Below, piece after piece: positions 1-12,379 of a DNA stretch of 64,000 nucleotides. The translations under genes and the position numbers were made by a program. How positions within the stretch are numbered: the stretch's first letter is position 1; every line of letters begins with the position of its first letter. Location of the stretch: assembly GCA_965153285.1 (NCBI GenBank), contig OZ229113.1; one strand, written 5' to 3'. The notes under the pieces are model-generated. The model did no database searches and had not been told where the DNA came from. It worked only from the letters and a program-made list of their open reading frames with translations. Source of the stretch: Podarcis tiliguerta. Taxonomy: Eukaryota.

Positions 1-100
1 ATCGCCGTTCACCCAAGAATCTCAGGGTGGTTCACAGCATAAAATACAAGATAAAGACACAAAACACATAACGAAAACAAGAACAAACCAAACCAATAAT
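1..100 (-). mobile_element. L2-type LINE 3' tail fragment
   Basis: The reverse complement reads as a GT-rich tract followed by TGTGAACCACCCTGAGATTCTTGGGTGAACGGCGAT, matching the L2 tails at 26700-26765 and 47630-47680. Confidence 0.65.
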
Positions 101-945
101 GCTCCATCCCGCAGACAAATTTAAGAGGATAGAAAGATCCAAGTTTGCTGTGGCCCAAAATCCCTGTTTGGTAGCAGTTTGCCACTTCTCCCAGATAATG
201 AGTACCACTTTGAGTACTACCTCCCAGATAATGAGTAGGCATGGCGTATCTCTGGGGACCAGCATTTATGGCTGTCCTTCAGCCTAGTCACTGCTTAATG
301 ACTTGTCAAATAATTGTGACCATATCCAGCTGAATGCAGTTAAAAGCTGAAAAAATTGTGGGAAGAGCAAGACCAGCTGCAGGTGAGACAGGCCTCCAAG
401 CAAAGTGCCCTGTGATGTAACTGGGCTTACTTGGTGGTGAAATAGGCAATGTAATATCCACAATCCGTGAGCCACCTCCCATCCTGCAACTCCCCAGAAG
501 CCCTCGTATAGCATCATTGTGGAAACATCAAAATTGTAGCTTCCTAACCTCCCACCAATAGCGCTTGGTAAATTTGAACTGGAGGAGGAGGACAGGAAGA
601 AGGGCCCAACCCAGGAGCCCCGTCCAATGGTGCTAGGTTCCTGGGGAAGACCAAGTTAGTCTACATAAGAGCAGCAAAAATATTTGGTGGAGGGGAAATT
701 CTATATGTTTCAAGAGTTATTGCTTCAGCAGACTCTGTGGCGGAAGCCATTTTGCATGTGGTTTTTATCTAATGTTGAGTTCTACTCACTGAAGTTAATG
801 GGCATGATTAACTTAGGTGCCGTAATTTTCAGTGGGTATTCTCTGAGTAATACTTAGCAGGTTACAACCCTATGTGATTATGTCTGTCAGGCCATTCCCT
901 AAGATACAGAGCAGTCAAATGCTTTACACTAAACAAGGATTAAAT

Positions 946-1206
946 CAGGGGTCAGCAAACTTTTTTCAGCAGGGGGCCGGTCCACTGTCCCTCAGACCTT
1001 GTCGGGGGCCAGACTGTATTTTGGGGGAAAAATAAACAAATGCCTATGCTCCACAAATAACCCATTTTAAATAAAAGGACATATTTTAAATAAAAGGACA
1101 TATTCTACTCATGTAAAAACATGCTGATTCCTGGACTGTTCATGGACCGGATTGAGAAGGTGATTGGGCTGGATCCGGCCCCCAGGCCTTAGTTTGCCTA
1201 CCCATG
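946..1206 (+). mobile_element. Non-autonomous hAT MITE (family A), 261 bp
   Basis: Imperfect TIRs CAGGGGTCAGCAAACT...AGTTTGCCTACCCATG; perfect 8-bp TSD GATTAAAT (938-945, 1207-1214); related copies at 9419, 47127 and 54516. Confidence 0.92.
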
Positions 1207-2279
1207 GATTAAATGCTTCCATGTGCCATATGAGCCAGCCTGGATAATCTCAATGTTTAATGAGATATACAAGCAACATTATTGTGACAACAGTGACATA
1301 TTTGTGACATTTGCCCGTCAGTGGTGGAAAACCAAAGCTCTACTCCGCATGCGCATTAAACTGACAATGCTGCTGTCTTTCAGTATTATACATTTCTGCC
1401 TAAGCAAACCATGTTGCTAGAGAGGCTGGCAGCATCATGTTCATAATTACAAGCATAGCTGTGTAACGGAATATTATGCATTGCAAAACTAGGATGAGTT
1501 TAATAATGGTTAAATAACTATAATGTCCCCAAATCAAGCAAACAAGTTTTTTCCCCTTGTGTGTGTCTTTGTGTGGGAAGGGAGTTTTGTCGGTATTTTC
1601 CCCAATGACAACAAAATATTGAGAGAGAAAGAAATTGACAAATGTAGCATGTAATGGTCCTTCTTGAAGCACTTCTACAGGGGCCTCATTAGTAGATATT
1701 TTAGTACAATCATTTTTACCCCTGTGGCAGTCACTCCAGCCAACTCAGGAAAGGTGCCTCCAGGAGCCGATCAGAGGAATGCCTTTCTTAATTTCTTCCC
1801 TTTAAAAAAAATGAGGCACAGGGGAACTAGTAGGCTCTAATTGAAATCAGAATTATTGTTGCCATAAATTCAAGCTGTGCCCATAGGCTATAGTGTTAGC
1901 ACTGGATAAACTTATGGAAACTTTTTTTCTGTTTAATTATCCCTGATTTATAATGCTATTATTCATATTTAGACTTTGCTCAGGGTTTGGGGGGGGGCTG
2001 GTAGTTTATTTTTCACATTTTTCAAAAAAGAAATTGAAAATGTGAGTGCATATTTTGACATTAAAACTTGCAAAGTGTTATTATAATATTTCTTTGTTCT
2101 GCACCTTTTTGCAGTGACAGGGACTCAAGGAGGCTTACAGATAAAATAGGAACAGCTAAAAACATTGTGGGGAAGGAAACAATAATTAAAAAACAAGCAT
2201 TAATAGAATTTAAATGAAATATAAATGTAAAAGATCTATTAAAAACACACAGATAACTTCCATAAAAATAGCAGGACAC

Positions 2280-2490
2280 CCTCTCTTTCATTAAAAGCAG
2301 TCAGCTTCCAAAAGCCAGTAGGAACAGGGTGGTTTTCAGCTGCCAGAGAACACGAAGAGGGAGCCAGTCTAACTTCTCTAGGGAGGGAGTTTTAAAGTTT
2401 GAGAGAAGGCCCTCTCCCATGCCCCTACCAAGTGTGCCTGTGAGGATGGCAGCACTGAGAGAAGAGAACTCAAAACCCAACCGGGTTCAT
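2280..2490 (-). mobile_element. Degraded L2 LINE fragment
   Basis: Resembles the 3' region of the L2 copies at 7580-7780 and 62120-62260 (GGGAGGGAGTT...GAGAAGGCCCT). Confidence 0.5.
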
Positions 2491-2494
2491 AGAT

Positions 2495-2605
2495 TAATAG
2501 AATTTTAGAGTTGGGAAGGACCCAAGTCTAACCCCCTGTGATGCTAGAATCAATTCACGAATCCCTGACAGGTGGCAATTGAACCTCTGGTTACAAACCT
2601 CCAAT
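2495..2605 (-). mobile_element. CR1 LINE 3' end fragment
   Basis: TAGAATTTTAGAGTTGGGAAGGACCC...AACCCCCTG is the complement of the CR1 3' terminus (CCCTTCCAACTCT...ATTCTA). Confidence 0.6.
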
Positions 2606-3443
2606 CGTATGAGGAAATAGTTTCAGACAGTTTGAACCTAAGTCATATATGTTACTTGTCTTGTCGTGTTGTATTATTGATGAAGGGCTGAATAGAAGTT
2701 GTGTTTTAAAAAAAACAAAACAGATGAAAACTTTTAATACCTATTTCTTAAATAGGACAAACACTTTACAGAAAACAGCCAATCTAACTTGTTTTAGGTG
2801 CCTGCTTTTAATTTTCTATTGTACTATTGTATGAACTAGAAAAATGAACCCAGGATGAGACTACGCTGGTGGGCAGGGATTATGCAAATAGAACGACGTT
2901 TGACTAGCAATGGATGGGTGCCTACAGGCAGAGAACAGGTTTAGTTCCCATACACTGGTGCTCTTCTATGCAATTTGAGGTTCCTCCGAGTCTGGCTTGG
3001 AAGAAAGCTTGAAAAGGCGATGTTTTAAACTTCCACAGACTCTTCTCTGTCTTAAAACTACCATCTTTCCACGTCCTCAAAAGCTCTGTAGTAGTTGATG
3101 TTTTAAGCAAAACTGACAGGCTCCTCCAAATCAGTGTATATCCAGCCCATATCACTTTCACACGTTTACATTTGTAAGTCTGTTCTGTCCCATTTATGCA
3201 CTAATCTGTGATTTTTGTTTAAAAATTCTAAATCTTGCACTTAAATCATATTTAAATACAGTCCTTAAATATATTTCTTTCACAGTTCACATTTCTAAAC
3301 AAATTTTAGAAATGCATTTTGATACTTTTTTTAAAGTGAAAAACTGTGTCACAACATGAGCAGAAATGCTAAATCCTATGGACAGCTGGGCTCCAAGATG
3401 CCCATTAGCAGCAGTCTACTGTGACCATCATAATAGAAGGGTA

Positions 3444-3779
3444 CAGTGGCGTAGCGTGGGTTGTCAGCACCCGGGGCAAGGCAAGTAATTTGTGCCCCCT
3501 AACCCGGGGCAAGGCAAGTAATTTGCGCCCCCCCCCGCTGCACTGTCCCTCCCCCAGATAGTCCCTCGCTCTCTCTCCGCACCGCACCGCACGCCTGGCA
3601 CCCCCCCTCCACAGTGGGCGGCGACCCGGCGGCTCGGATCGGATTCCCACAGCCAGCACTGCAGTGAGAGAGAGTGAGTGAGCCAGGTAGGGGCAGAGAG
3701 CTGCGAGTGCGAGCACCCCCCCCCAGATGTTGCGCCCGGTACGGTCGGGCCCCCCTGCACCCCCCATGCTACGCCACTG
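3444..3779. mobile_element. GC-rich young hAT MITE (family B), copy 1
   Basis: Perfect TIR CAGTGGCGTAGC...GCTACGCCACTG; 8-bp TSD GAAGGGTA (3436-3443, 3780-3787); internal 33-bp tandem duplication; CpG retained. Confidence 0.95.
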
Positions 3780-4949
3780 GAAGGGTATAAGTGTATTGTT
3801 ACTTAAATAATTTCTATACTGTGTTATATTTAAAAAAAAATAAATCTCAAAGTGGTTTACAACCTAGCTTAAAACATCCAAATAAGCCTTTACAGTAATA
3901 CCTAAATAAAACTTTACAGATAAAGGTCAAACACAAAATTCATGTTTAAAGCAGCATGATTAATAATAGGAAAACAAAAAATACTCTCTCAAACATGAAA
4001 GGCGAACACTGCAGGTAAAAAACTGAAACTCAAAAATGAAAGAGAACTCTCATTAGCATCTACGCAAAGTAACTGAAATTGAAACAGTCACCATTCCCAA
4101 ATACTCCCCTTGCAAAGCTCTCATGTATTCCCACCAACCCTATGGATAACACAGTTATTCCTCTGCCAACCATTTATCTGGTCTACAAAACCCCATAGCA
4201 GTATTAAACATAATTTACAACCAACTCATTCACCCACCTCCATCTAGGGCAATCTAGTATAATAAAAGCAGTGACGGAACTACTCCCTCCTTAGGGCTGT
4301 TCTCTATACCCGTTCCGTCTCTCTCACTGATTCATATTAGGCAACTTTAAAACACAGAAATACATTACAACCCAGTCTCAGTAAAAACATGATTTTTACT
4401 GAAAACTCTGATTCCAGTTACCAACCAATAATACATTGCTCCCTTTCTCCTACTAGATAATACATCCAACAGAACAAAATTAAAGGGGTGGTTACCTCAG
4501 GTGACCCCAGAAACAAAGATGGAAGGATTTACCCATTTCCATTTCCTCAGTTTCTTGTTTTTTCAATCTTAAATTAGTTCTCGGCATTTGGCAGCAATTT
4601 GTGGTATATTTATAATAATTTAATAATAATTGCATTATTGTATTATTTATACCCCACCCATTTAAAAAATCCTTATGGAAATTCATTGGGCATTTTAGTG
4701 CTAATTTCATTTCACAACCATATTTTTAAGTGCAGTTTTGTACACGTTTTTGCATACAGATTTCCACAATAAAATGCATTTTCGTATGCTGTTTTCAACA
4801 ATATCTTAATTTTTATGCATTTGTATTTTTGTAAACATTGGTTGGAGAACAGCATTGGCAAAATTCTGATAAGTGCAAATTTTGAAGGAGAGCTGTGTTT
4901 TGCTCCACATATTATTCTGGAAAGTGTGAATTTGATGGAGTTGGTTTTA

Positions 4950-5050
4950 TAGAATCGTAGAATTATACGTCGGAAGAGATCCCAAGGGTCATCTAGTTCA
5001 ACCCCCTGTAATGCAGGAGTCTCAACTGAAGCATCCATGACAGATGGCTG
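4950..5050 (-). mobile_element. CR1 LINE 3' end fragment
   Basis: TAGAATCGTAGAATT...GGGTCATCTAGTTCAACCCCCTG...GCATCCATGACAGATGG, complementary to the CR1 tail at 35790-35907. Confidence 0.7.
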
Positions 5051-5151
5051 CCCAACCAGGGAATGAGATGCAAGTCAATTAGCTGCAGCTGTTTCCACTT
5101 GCCTGCTCCTCTGGAATCAGCAACAGGATCTTGGCTGGCAGGACAACCAGG

Positions 5152-5485
5152 CAGTGGCGTAGCGTGGGTTGTCAGCACCCGGGGCAAGGCAAGTAATTTG
5201 CGCTCCCTAACCCGGGGCAAGGCAAGTAATTTGCGCCCCCCCACTGCACTGTCCCTCCCCCAGATAGTCCCTCGCTCTCTCTCCGCACCGCACCGTATGC
5301 CTGGCACCCTCCCCTCCACAGTGGGCGGCGACCCGGCGGCTCGGATCGGATTCGCACAGCCAGCACTGCAGTGAGAGAGAGTGAGTGAGCCAGGTAGGGG
5401 CAGAGAGCTGCGAGTGTGAGCGCCCCCCCCCAGATGTTGTGCCCGGTGCGGCCGGCCCCCCTGCACCCCCCACGCTACGCCACTG
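5152..5485. mobile_element. GC-rich young hAT MITE (family B), copy 2
   Basis: Same TIRs as 3444-3779; its own 8-bp TSD CAACCAGG (5144-5151, 5486-5493); roughly 95% identical to copy 1 by eye. Confidence 0.95.
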
Positions 5486-5569
5486 CAACCAGGAACAGGG
5501 TGGGCAGAAGGATGGGCTTGCCTCTGTCCTGTCACAGGATCCCCCAGCAGCTGCTGCCACAAGGGAAAC

Positions 5570-5765
5570 TGAAATATATTTCATGCTCTTTATTTCAGCT
5601 CATGGTCATCAGTGAGTGAGTGAGTCCCCCCCCCCAAACCTCTGGCTATATATGCATTATTTATACAATGGGTCCAGCATGATTGGCTGGTTCAACTCCC
5701 CTCCTGGAGCCTGATTGGGCTGCTCCTGCAGACCAATCAAGTTGCTGCCTTCTAGGATCCTAGAG
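5570..5765 (-). mobile_element. Partial solo LTR related to 31288-31615
   Basis: Shares the TGAAATATAT terminus, CATGCTCTTTATT and the TGATTGGCTG...CCTGGAGCCTGATTGG...CCAATCA...TCTAGGATCCTA module with the solo LTR at 31288; the other end is missing. Confidence 0.7.
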
Positions 5766-6096
5766 CAGGTCAGTGAAGTGACCAAAACAAGTTTATTCAG
5801 TTTGCTCATGTGCCCCCCCCCCAAAGTTGACTACTGCTAGTAAAGGGGTTTGCGAAGGGGCTTGAAAGAGACATCATCATAGTTATGGCTTAGTAATCTG
5901 ATCTTTATATGAACAGATCTTATCCCCACTTGCCAGGCAAATATGCAGAATGGAACTGAGTTTCCCTGAATGTTCTGACGCAATTCTTGGCTCAGGAAAC
6001 ACATCAGAATGTACTTTAAAATGCATGTTTTGAGACAGCATATGCTTAGGAATGCATATGCTGAGGGGGTAAACCCATTTAGAAATATTAATTTAA

Positions 6097-6575
6097 TGTG
6101 AATATCCGTATCTATCTATAGAGATATAGGTAAATGTATACGAAACAAGAACAGACATATGAGTGAACATATGTGAAAGTTATATCGATTATAAGGATCA
6201 TAAACAAACTGGTTGCCCATGCCTAGTGAGACGCTATTGAACAGGAGAAAGAGGCAGCCTGGGTTTACCAAATGAAACCACCTTGGTTATTTTAAGCTAG
6301 TAAGTGAGACGCAGTTTGGCCATATTCACAGTCTGAGAAGAATACTTTGTTGTTTGGGGAAGAGATATTGACTGAAGACTAGTATGACCAGAGTATTTGG
6401 CTGCATGTATCCCTGCTACTCAACTTGTATATCGGTATATAAACAGACATAGCATTTATAATGAGTCTCACGTAGCTTCACAAGAAAGCTGATCCTATAA
6501 AAGGCTACCCTGAAACTTCCTGCAGCTTGGAGGAAGTGGATAATTCAGAGAAATGCATGCCTTGTTTTTAAAACA
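6097..6575 (+). mobile_element. Possible old solo LTR
   Basis: TG...AACA termini around a ~480-bp block with LTR-like layout; no TSD match found. Confidence 0.25.
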
Positions 6576-7048
6576 TCTTCATGTAGGTACTTAAGGATGC
6601 AAAGGACACAGCAGTCTTTCAAGGGGCATAAGAGTAGACAGCAACCATTTGTGCTGGGCTATCTCATCTGTCCTGCCTAAGGCGCTCCAACATTTATCTC
6701 CATTTAGTGAAGATTGATTAAAGTTCTGACTTGCAGCCACTGTTCCATGTGACATGAGACAAATCTAGGGACAAAGGGTGAGAGACCTGGATTTCCCTTC
6801 CTTAAATCTTTCTTACTTATAAAGATCAAATGTTGCTGTACACTCAAAAGTATTGGGTGACACCTATATTTTGGACCAAAAGGTCTTGGACTGACTGTGG
6901 ACAGTGCAAATCCCCACTTAATAGCAGACTTTGGGCCAATCATGGTTACCTCTCAGGGTTGTAGTGAGGATGAAAACAGGAAAGCCTACTCAACTTGCCA
7001 TGATGGATGCAAAGGTGCCATCAGACTCCTATTTATTACCTGTATCTT

Positions 7049-8910
7049 TTATTTATTGAATTTATATACCTGGAAGTCTCAGGGCCATTCACAGAACAAA
7101 ATCAAAATATAAAACCATATAATATATAATCAAAATACAGTGGTGCCCCGCAAGACGAATGCCTCGCAAGACGGAAAACCCGCTAGACGAAAGGGTTTTC
7201 CGTTTTGGAGGTGCTTCACAAAACAAATTTGCTATGGGCTTGCTTTGCAAGGCGAAAATGTCTTGTGATTCCTGGGGGTTTTTTTCCGCTCCTCACCCCC
7301 TTTTTCTAAGGCACTAAGCTGCTAATAGCCTTTTAGCAGCTAATCCCTTAAGCCTTTAATAGCCGCTAATAGCCGCTAAACCGTTAATAGCGCTCATCCG
7401 CTAATCCGCTAATGGGCTTGCTTCGCAAGACTAAAAAACCGCTAGACGAAGAGACTCACGGAATGGATTCTTTTCGTCTTGCGAGGCACCACTGTAAAAA
7501 CAACAACTCAACCCCCAACCCCCCCTACATTTTAAAAGGGCATAGGATGTCAATCAAATCAACCATCGGTCTGGTTAGAAAGGAACATTTTAGCCTGGCA
7601 CCTAAAGGTGTGTAATGAATGCTCCAGGCGAACTCCCCTGGGGAGAGCATTCCACAGATGGGGAGCCACTGCAGAGAAGGCCCTGTTCTCGTGTTGTCAT
7701 TCTCCAGACTTCTCAAGGAGGAGGCAAGCGAAGAAGGGCCTCAGCAGATGATCTCAGGGTCCGGGTAGGTTCATATGGAGAGAGGCAGTCCTTAAGGTAA
7801 TTCAGTCCTGAGCCTTTTAAGGCTTTATAAGTCAAAACCAGCACTTTTAATTGGGTCCAGAAACTAATTGGTAGCCAGTGCAGTCAGACCAGGATCGGTG
7901 TAATATGTTAAAACTCTCTTGCTCCAGTGAGCAACCTGGCCGCTGAATTCTGCACTAGCTGAAGTTTCCAAACCATCTTCAGAGGCAGCCCTACATATAA
8001 CACATTGCAGTAATCTAACCTTGAGGTTACCAGAGCATAGACAACAGTAGTTAGGCTATTCCTGTCCAGATAGGGGCATAGCTGGGCCACCAGACAAAGC
8101 TGATGGAAGCCACTGAGGCCACCTGAGCCTCAAGCTACAGCAAGGATCCAGGTGTACCCCCAAGCTATGAACCTACTCCTTCAAAGGAAGTGTGACCTCA
8201 TCAAAAGCAGCCAGTGTCCTATCCATCTGGTCTAGGGAACCACCCACTAACAGTGCCTCAGTCTTATCTGGATTGAGCTTCAGTTTCTTGGCTCTCATCC
8301 AGTCCATTACTGAGGCAAGACACTGGTCCAGCACTTCCACTACCTCACCTGCAGATGTAAAGGAGAAATAGAGCTGAGCATCATCAGCATACTGCTGACA
8401 ATGAACTCCAAACCTTTGGATAACCCCACCAAGCAGTTTCATGTAGATGTTAAACAACATGGGGGATAGGATTGAGACCTGTGGAACCCCACGTTGAAGA
8501 TTCCACAGAGTTGAAAAGCATTCCCCAAGCAACATCCTCTGGGAACGACCATTCAAGTAGGTCTAGAACCACTGCAAAGCATTGCCACCCAACCATAGTT
8601 TGGACAGTCTCTCCAGAAGGATACCATGGTCGATGGTATCGAAAACCACTGAAGGGTTGAGGAGAATTAACAGGGACATGTTTCCCTAGTCTCTGTCTCT
8701 CGACACAGGTCATTATACAAGTTTACCAAAGCAGTTTCTGTGCCCAAATTGGGCCTAAACTCCGATTGAAATGGATCCTGAAAATCAGTGCTGCCAAAAG
8801 CGCCTGGATCTGGTCTGCGACCACTCGCTCCAGAACCTTGGCCAGGAAAGGGAGATTAGCAAGTGGTTGGTAGTTAGTTAGGTTTCTTGAATCCAGGGAA
8901 GGCTTCTTAA
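7049..8910 (-). mobile_element. 5'-truncated L2 LINE with degraded reverse transcriptase, interrupted by a Tc1/mariner MITE
   Basis: Minus-strand peptides NYQPLANLPFLAKVLERVV, PFQSEFRPNLGTETAL, GVPQVSILSPMLFNIYM, YADDAQLY, LKLNPDKTE and ALVTSRLDYCN...LQLVQNSAARLLT; frame disruptions; L2 3' tail near 7050-7100. Confidence 0.93.
7138..7494. mobile_element. Tc1/mariner-type MITE (family C), 357 bp, nested in the L2 3' UTR
   Basis: TIR CAGTGGTGCC(C/T)CGCAAGACGAA at both ends; TA TSD; internal (TAGCCGCTAA)-like repeats; inverted copy at 44780. Confidence 0.93.
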
Positions 8911-9407
8911 AGAGACTCTTAATTTCCTTAGTCTCCCCACATTGGGCAAAAGATCCCTGTATTGTAGGGGTTGGACTAGATTAGGACAATCCAACTTTTC
9001 ATACCAAGCGGGCCTGTGAGCCACATACTGCCTTGCCATGTGGGGAGGGAGGAGAAAGTCAAATATTTGACACCCCCAGCCCTCTCACAGCCTTCCCAGT
9101 GCTGGCTAAGTGAGGCGGCAGGCTTTGTGAAGGAGGTGCAAAACTCTGGGAAGGTCCCAGAGCCTTCCCACCTCCTTCCCTAAATGGGCAAGCGCTAACT
9201 CTAGGTCCCTTTCAGAGCCCTCACGCCTCTCTCCCAAAGCCCAGCACCTCCTTACCCAGCTTTGGGAAGGCAGTGTGAGGGCTCCAGGGGCGCAGCATCA
9301 TGTGTTGCTGAGGGCTGTCAAAAAAGGCCTTGGGGGCCACATGTTGGACCCCCCTGGACTAGATGATCCCTGTGGTCCCTTCCAACTCTGCAATTCTATG
9401 ATTCTAT
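8911..9407 (+). mobile_element. tRNA-head/CR1-tail SINE (Squam2-like) interrupted by a hAT element
   Basis: GAGACTCTTAAT...CCCCACATTGGGCAAAAGATCCCTGTATTG...GGACTAGAT[insert]GATCCC...CCCTTCCAACTCTGCAATTCTATGATTCTAT. Confidence 0.75.
8982..9356. mobile_element. Older non-autonomous hAT element
   Basis: 8-bp TSD GACTAGAT (8974-8981, 9357-9364); degenerate TIR (TAGGACAATCCAAC / GTTGGACCCCCCTG). Confidence 0.8.
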
Positions 9408-9418
9408 ACCCTTTATAT

Positions 9419-9530
9419 CAGGGGTAGGCAACCTAAGGCCAGATGTGGCCCAATCGCCTTCTAAATCTGGCCCATGGATGGTCTGGGAATCAGCGTGTTT
9501 TTACATGAGTAGAATGTGTCCTTTTATTTA
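9419..9530 (-). mobile_element. Truncated hAT MITE (family A)
   Basis: Reverse-complement match to about 1085-1206 (GGAATCAGCGTGTTTTTACATGAGTAGAAT); only one TIR. Confidence 0.8.
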
Positions 9531-9859
9531 TTTATGTTTCAAAAGTATGGTTGTGATTTCTTCTTGATTTTCCTGTTTTATCTTTTTGTAAACCACTTTG
9601 AGATTTTGTTTTCTTTTATTACAATCAAGTAGTGTAAATATCTTCTTAAATAAATAAGAAAATAGTTGCAAAAATGACAGATATTTTCAAGAGCTTCTCA
9701 GCATCATTAACGTTTGAAAAAGGTAAAGCCAGTATTTAATAAACGTATTTTTCTCTTACAGTTTATGCTTTAGATGTAAAGTATTCAAGATAATGGGAGG
9801 GAAAAAAATAAACAAATGTGTCAATCAGATATGGTATGTGTTCAAAGCAATTGGGCAGG

Positions 9860-10320
9860 CAGGATTTCAGTCACTTGAGAAGATAGGATTAGAATCAAGG
9901 ATTAGAATCCAGAATAACCTTGATAGATTGAAGAATTGCCTGGAAGCAATCATATAGGATTTATCAAAGACAGATGTAAAGTGTTGTGTGAAATAGAGCT
10001 GGGTGTCATTCACATGCTGGTGATAGTGAGCACTGAAACCCCGGGTGGCTGCCTGCAAGGGTTACCATCATAGGGGTGTTAAATAGCAAGGTGGAGCAGA
10101 ATAGAGTTCCGCAGCACAATTTCCAAGGGCTCTCCAAGGGAAGTCGTCTCCCATTCCTACAGACAGAAGCAGAACTACATAATGCCTCCAGCTCCCAACC
10201 CACAAGGTGGGGATCATGGCTAAAAGAGGTGAAAGAGAATAAACAACACTGGATCCCCGGTCCACCTTCGGATACAGATCATCCAGCAGAGTCCAAAACC
10301 AGGGCTAAAGCAGCTTGAAA
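9860..10320 (-). mobile_element. Highly degraded L2 RT fragment
   Basis: Minus-strand remnants TLLFN and HQHVNDTQLYF (a decayed YADDTQLY motif). Confidence 0.55.
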
Positions 10321-12379
10321 TGATTCAAGAGGAGAGTCACTTGAAGAGGGTTAGACAGACACAGGCCTCCCTATGTGATGTTCTCAAGCTCTCAGAGTAC
10401 CTTAGTTTCTGCTGCCATTTCCTGTGGTAGGACAGGCAGGGTCTGGCAGCGGGAAGGAGGGATGCACATCATAATTATCAGGACATTTTTGGTTCCAGGG
10501 AAAGGGGGAACAGGGATACAGGTTCTTGGGCCTGAAGATCATCTCACCAGCAATGTTTTTTGCTTCTCCTGGGACTACAAGCATCCTGATTATTATGGTG
10601 AGCATGTCTCCAGAGCACATAAAAGATCTGACACCAAGAACAGAGTCTAAAGGGCATTTGTCACTAAATGTCATACTGCCAGAAGCATAAGGAGCTTAAA
10701 CAAAGGGAACTCAAAGAACTCAAAGACACCAATGAATCCTCTATTTTTAAAGAACACCAAAAAAACAGAAATGGGATCATGAGCTTTGGGGAGGGAATAA
10801 CCATGATTCAACTTTGTTCCAGCCCCAGAGAAGTTACTGTGTACAGATCACAGTACTAATTTTTGTTCTGAGCATCTTTAGCAAGAAAATATCAAATGAA
10901 TGACCCAAACCTTCTGTAGGTTGCAGGGCTAAATGAGAAAAAAGAGCTAAGGGGAAAATGACTTTCCTTATTTCTGTGAGTGTCAAAAAGTCTCTTGCAT
11001 TTTCAGTTAATTTAAGCGGTTGAAGACATGCATGTGTTGTTTTTTGGTGCTGTTCCTCTTATTTCCCCTCATTATCTGTCCCACATTGTAATTTAATCCA
11101 GCTGGTCATGGAAGCCCCTGTGATTCTATTGACATTACAGTGCCATGATATTACAGAAACAGAAATAAGACCACACCACAACCAGATTAAAGCACAGTAC
11201 AAACAAATGAAGCTGAAAAACTAGAATCAACACAAATGTTCCCATGTATATATATGCATTAAATGTGCTGATTGCTAAGGGAATATCAAAATTTATAGAC
11301 TATTCAATGTGCCCAGATTCAAATTTCCAGCAGGTGAGCTCTAGATGATAGTTGCAGAGGTGTTTTTGCCAAGAGATGCTATTGCAACAGGAGTCTGTTG
11401 ATTTAAATTGAGCAAAAGTGGTAATTTTGTGAGATATTTTTGTGGCTCCTCAGCTGACTGTATGAGGCCAACAGGCATAGATTTTAAAAAAGAAGTTTCT
11501 GGCACCCAGTGAGCCAGAGACAACTGGTTATTATCCCAGGTAAATTGCTCAAATCACTGAATAGTATGCTCACTCCAGTCAGATGGAAAGTGAATTCACA
11601 TTTGTGTGGAATTATACTGTGAGCCAGTGCAACTGAAAGATTAGACATCAAAATTTTCCAGGTAGTGTTTAAAAATCTCTCTTCGTCCCTCCTTACCCAG
11701 CTGGCATAAGGAAGAATTCCTTGAGTGAAATTAATCTCTAAAATCTGCATGAAGCAGTCACTGTAGCCCTTTGTAATATGCACATGAAGAAACCATTGTA
11801 GTAATCATATTTTAAATACAGGAGGAGGAAGAGGTCAAGCGGCAAAGGAAGCTTAATATGAAACCACCTCCTCCTGCCTAGTGAATGGGGAATATGCATG
11901 ATTTGGCTGTGATGGTTTTTTGTTGGTTTTTTAAAGTTAATTTATGGTTTGTATATGTACCTTGTTTTCATCATCCACAGTCCCCCAAGGGGCTATTAAC
12001 ATGTTCAAAACAAATACAATTAAAAAAATTAAAACAACAATAAAACCAGAAAATCAAATAGCTTAAGAACAGGGGATAGCAATAGTTCTTAACACAAAAG
12101 CCTGACAGAAAAGGGGGGGGGGTTGCTGTGGAGCAGATCTGGCTGATCTCTCTCAGGATGGAATTCCACCCACCCATTGCATTGTGCTCAGAATAAACAT
12201 CTCTTGATATTGGCAAAGGTTTCCAGTGTGGGATGTACAAGAGCACATTACCTGGCTCTGTGTGCAGAAATGAGAGCAGTGGAGAGGTTTCAGGTGTGCT
12301 CCACTGCCATTGAGAGATGCCAGTTCTGTGGGAGAAATTGAGGTCGTTGGCTCACTCACATGTTGTGTTAGGCACACAT

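Noticed and set aside
188-237. Direct repeat CTCCCAGATAATGAGTA twice with a 33-bp period, the same period as the repeats at 3469 and 52133
   Set aside because: Only two units each and the sequences are unrelated; ordinary local duplications, not a CRISPR-like array. The shared period is probably coincidental.
3405-5619. Several 100-190 aa GC-rich ORFs
   Set aside because: They arise from the two GC-rich family B MITEs and have no transposase or other recognisable domain.
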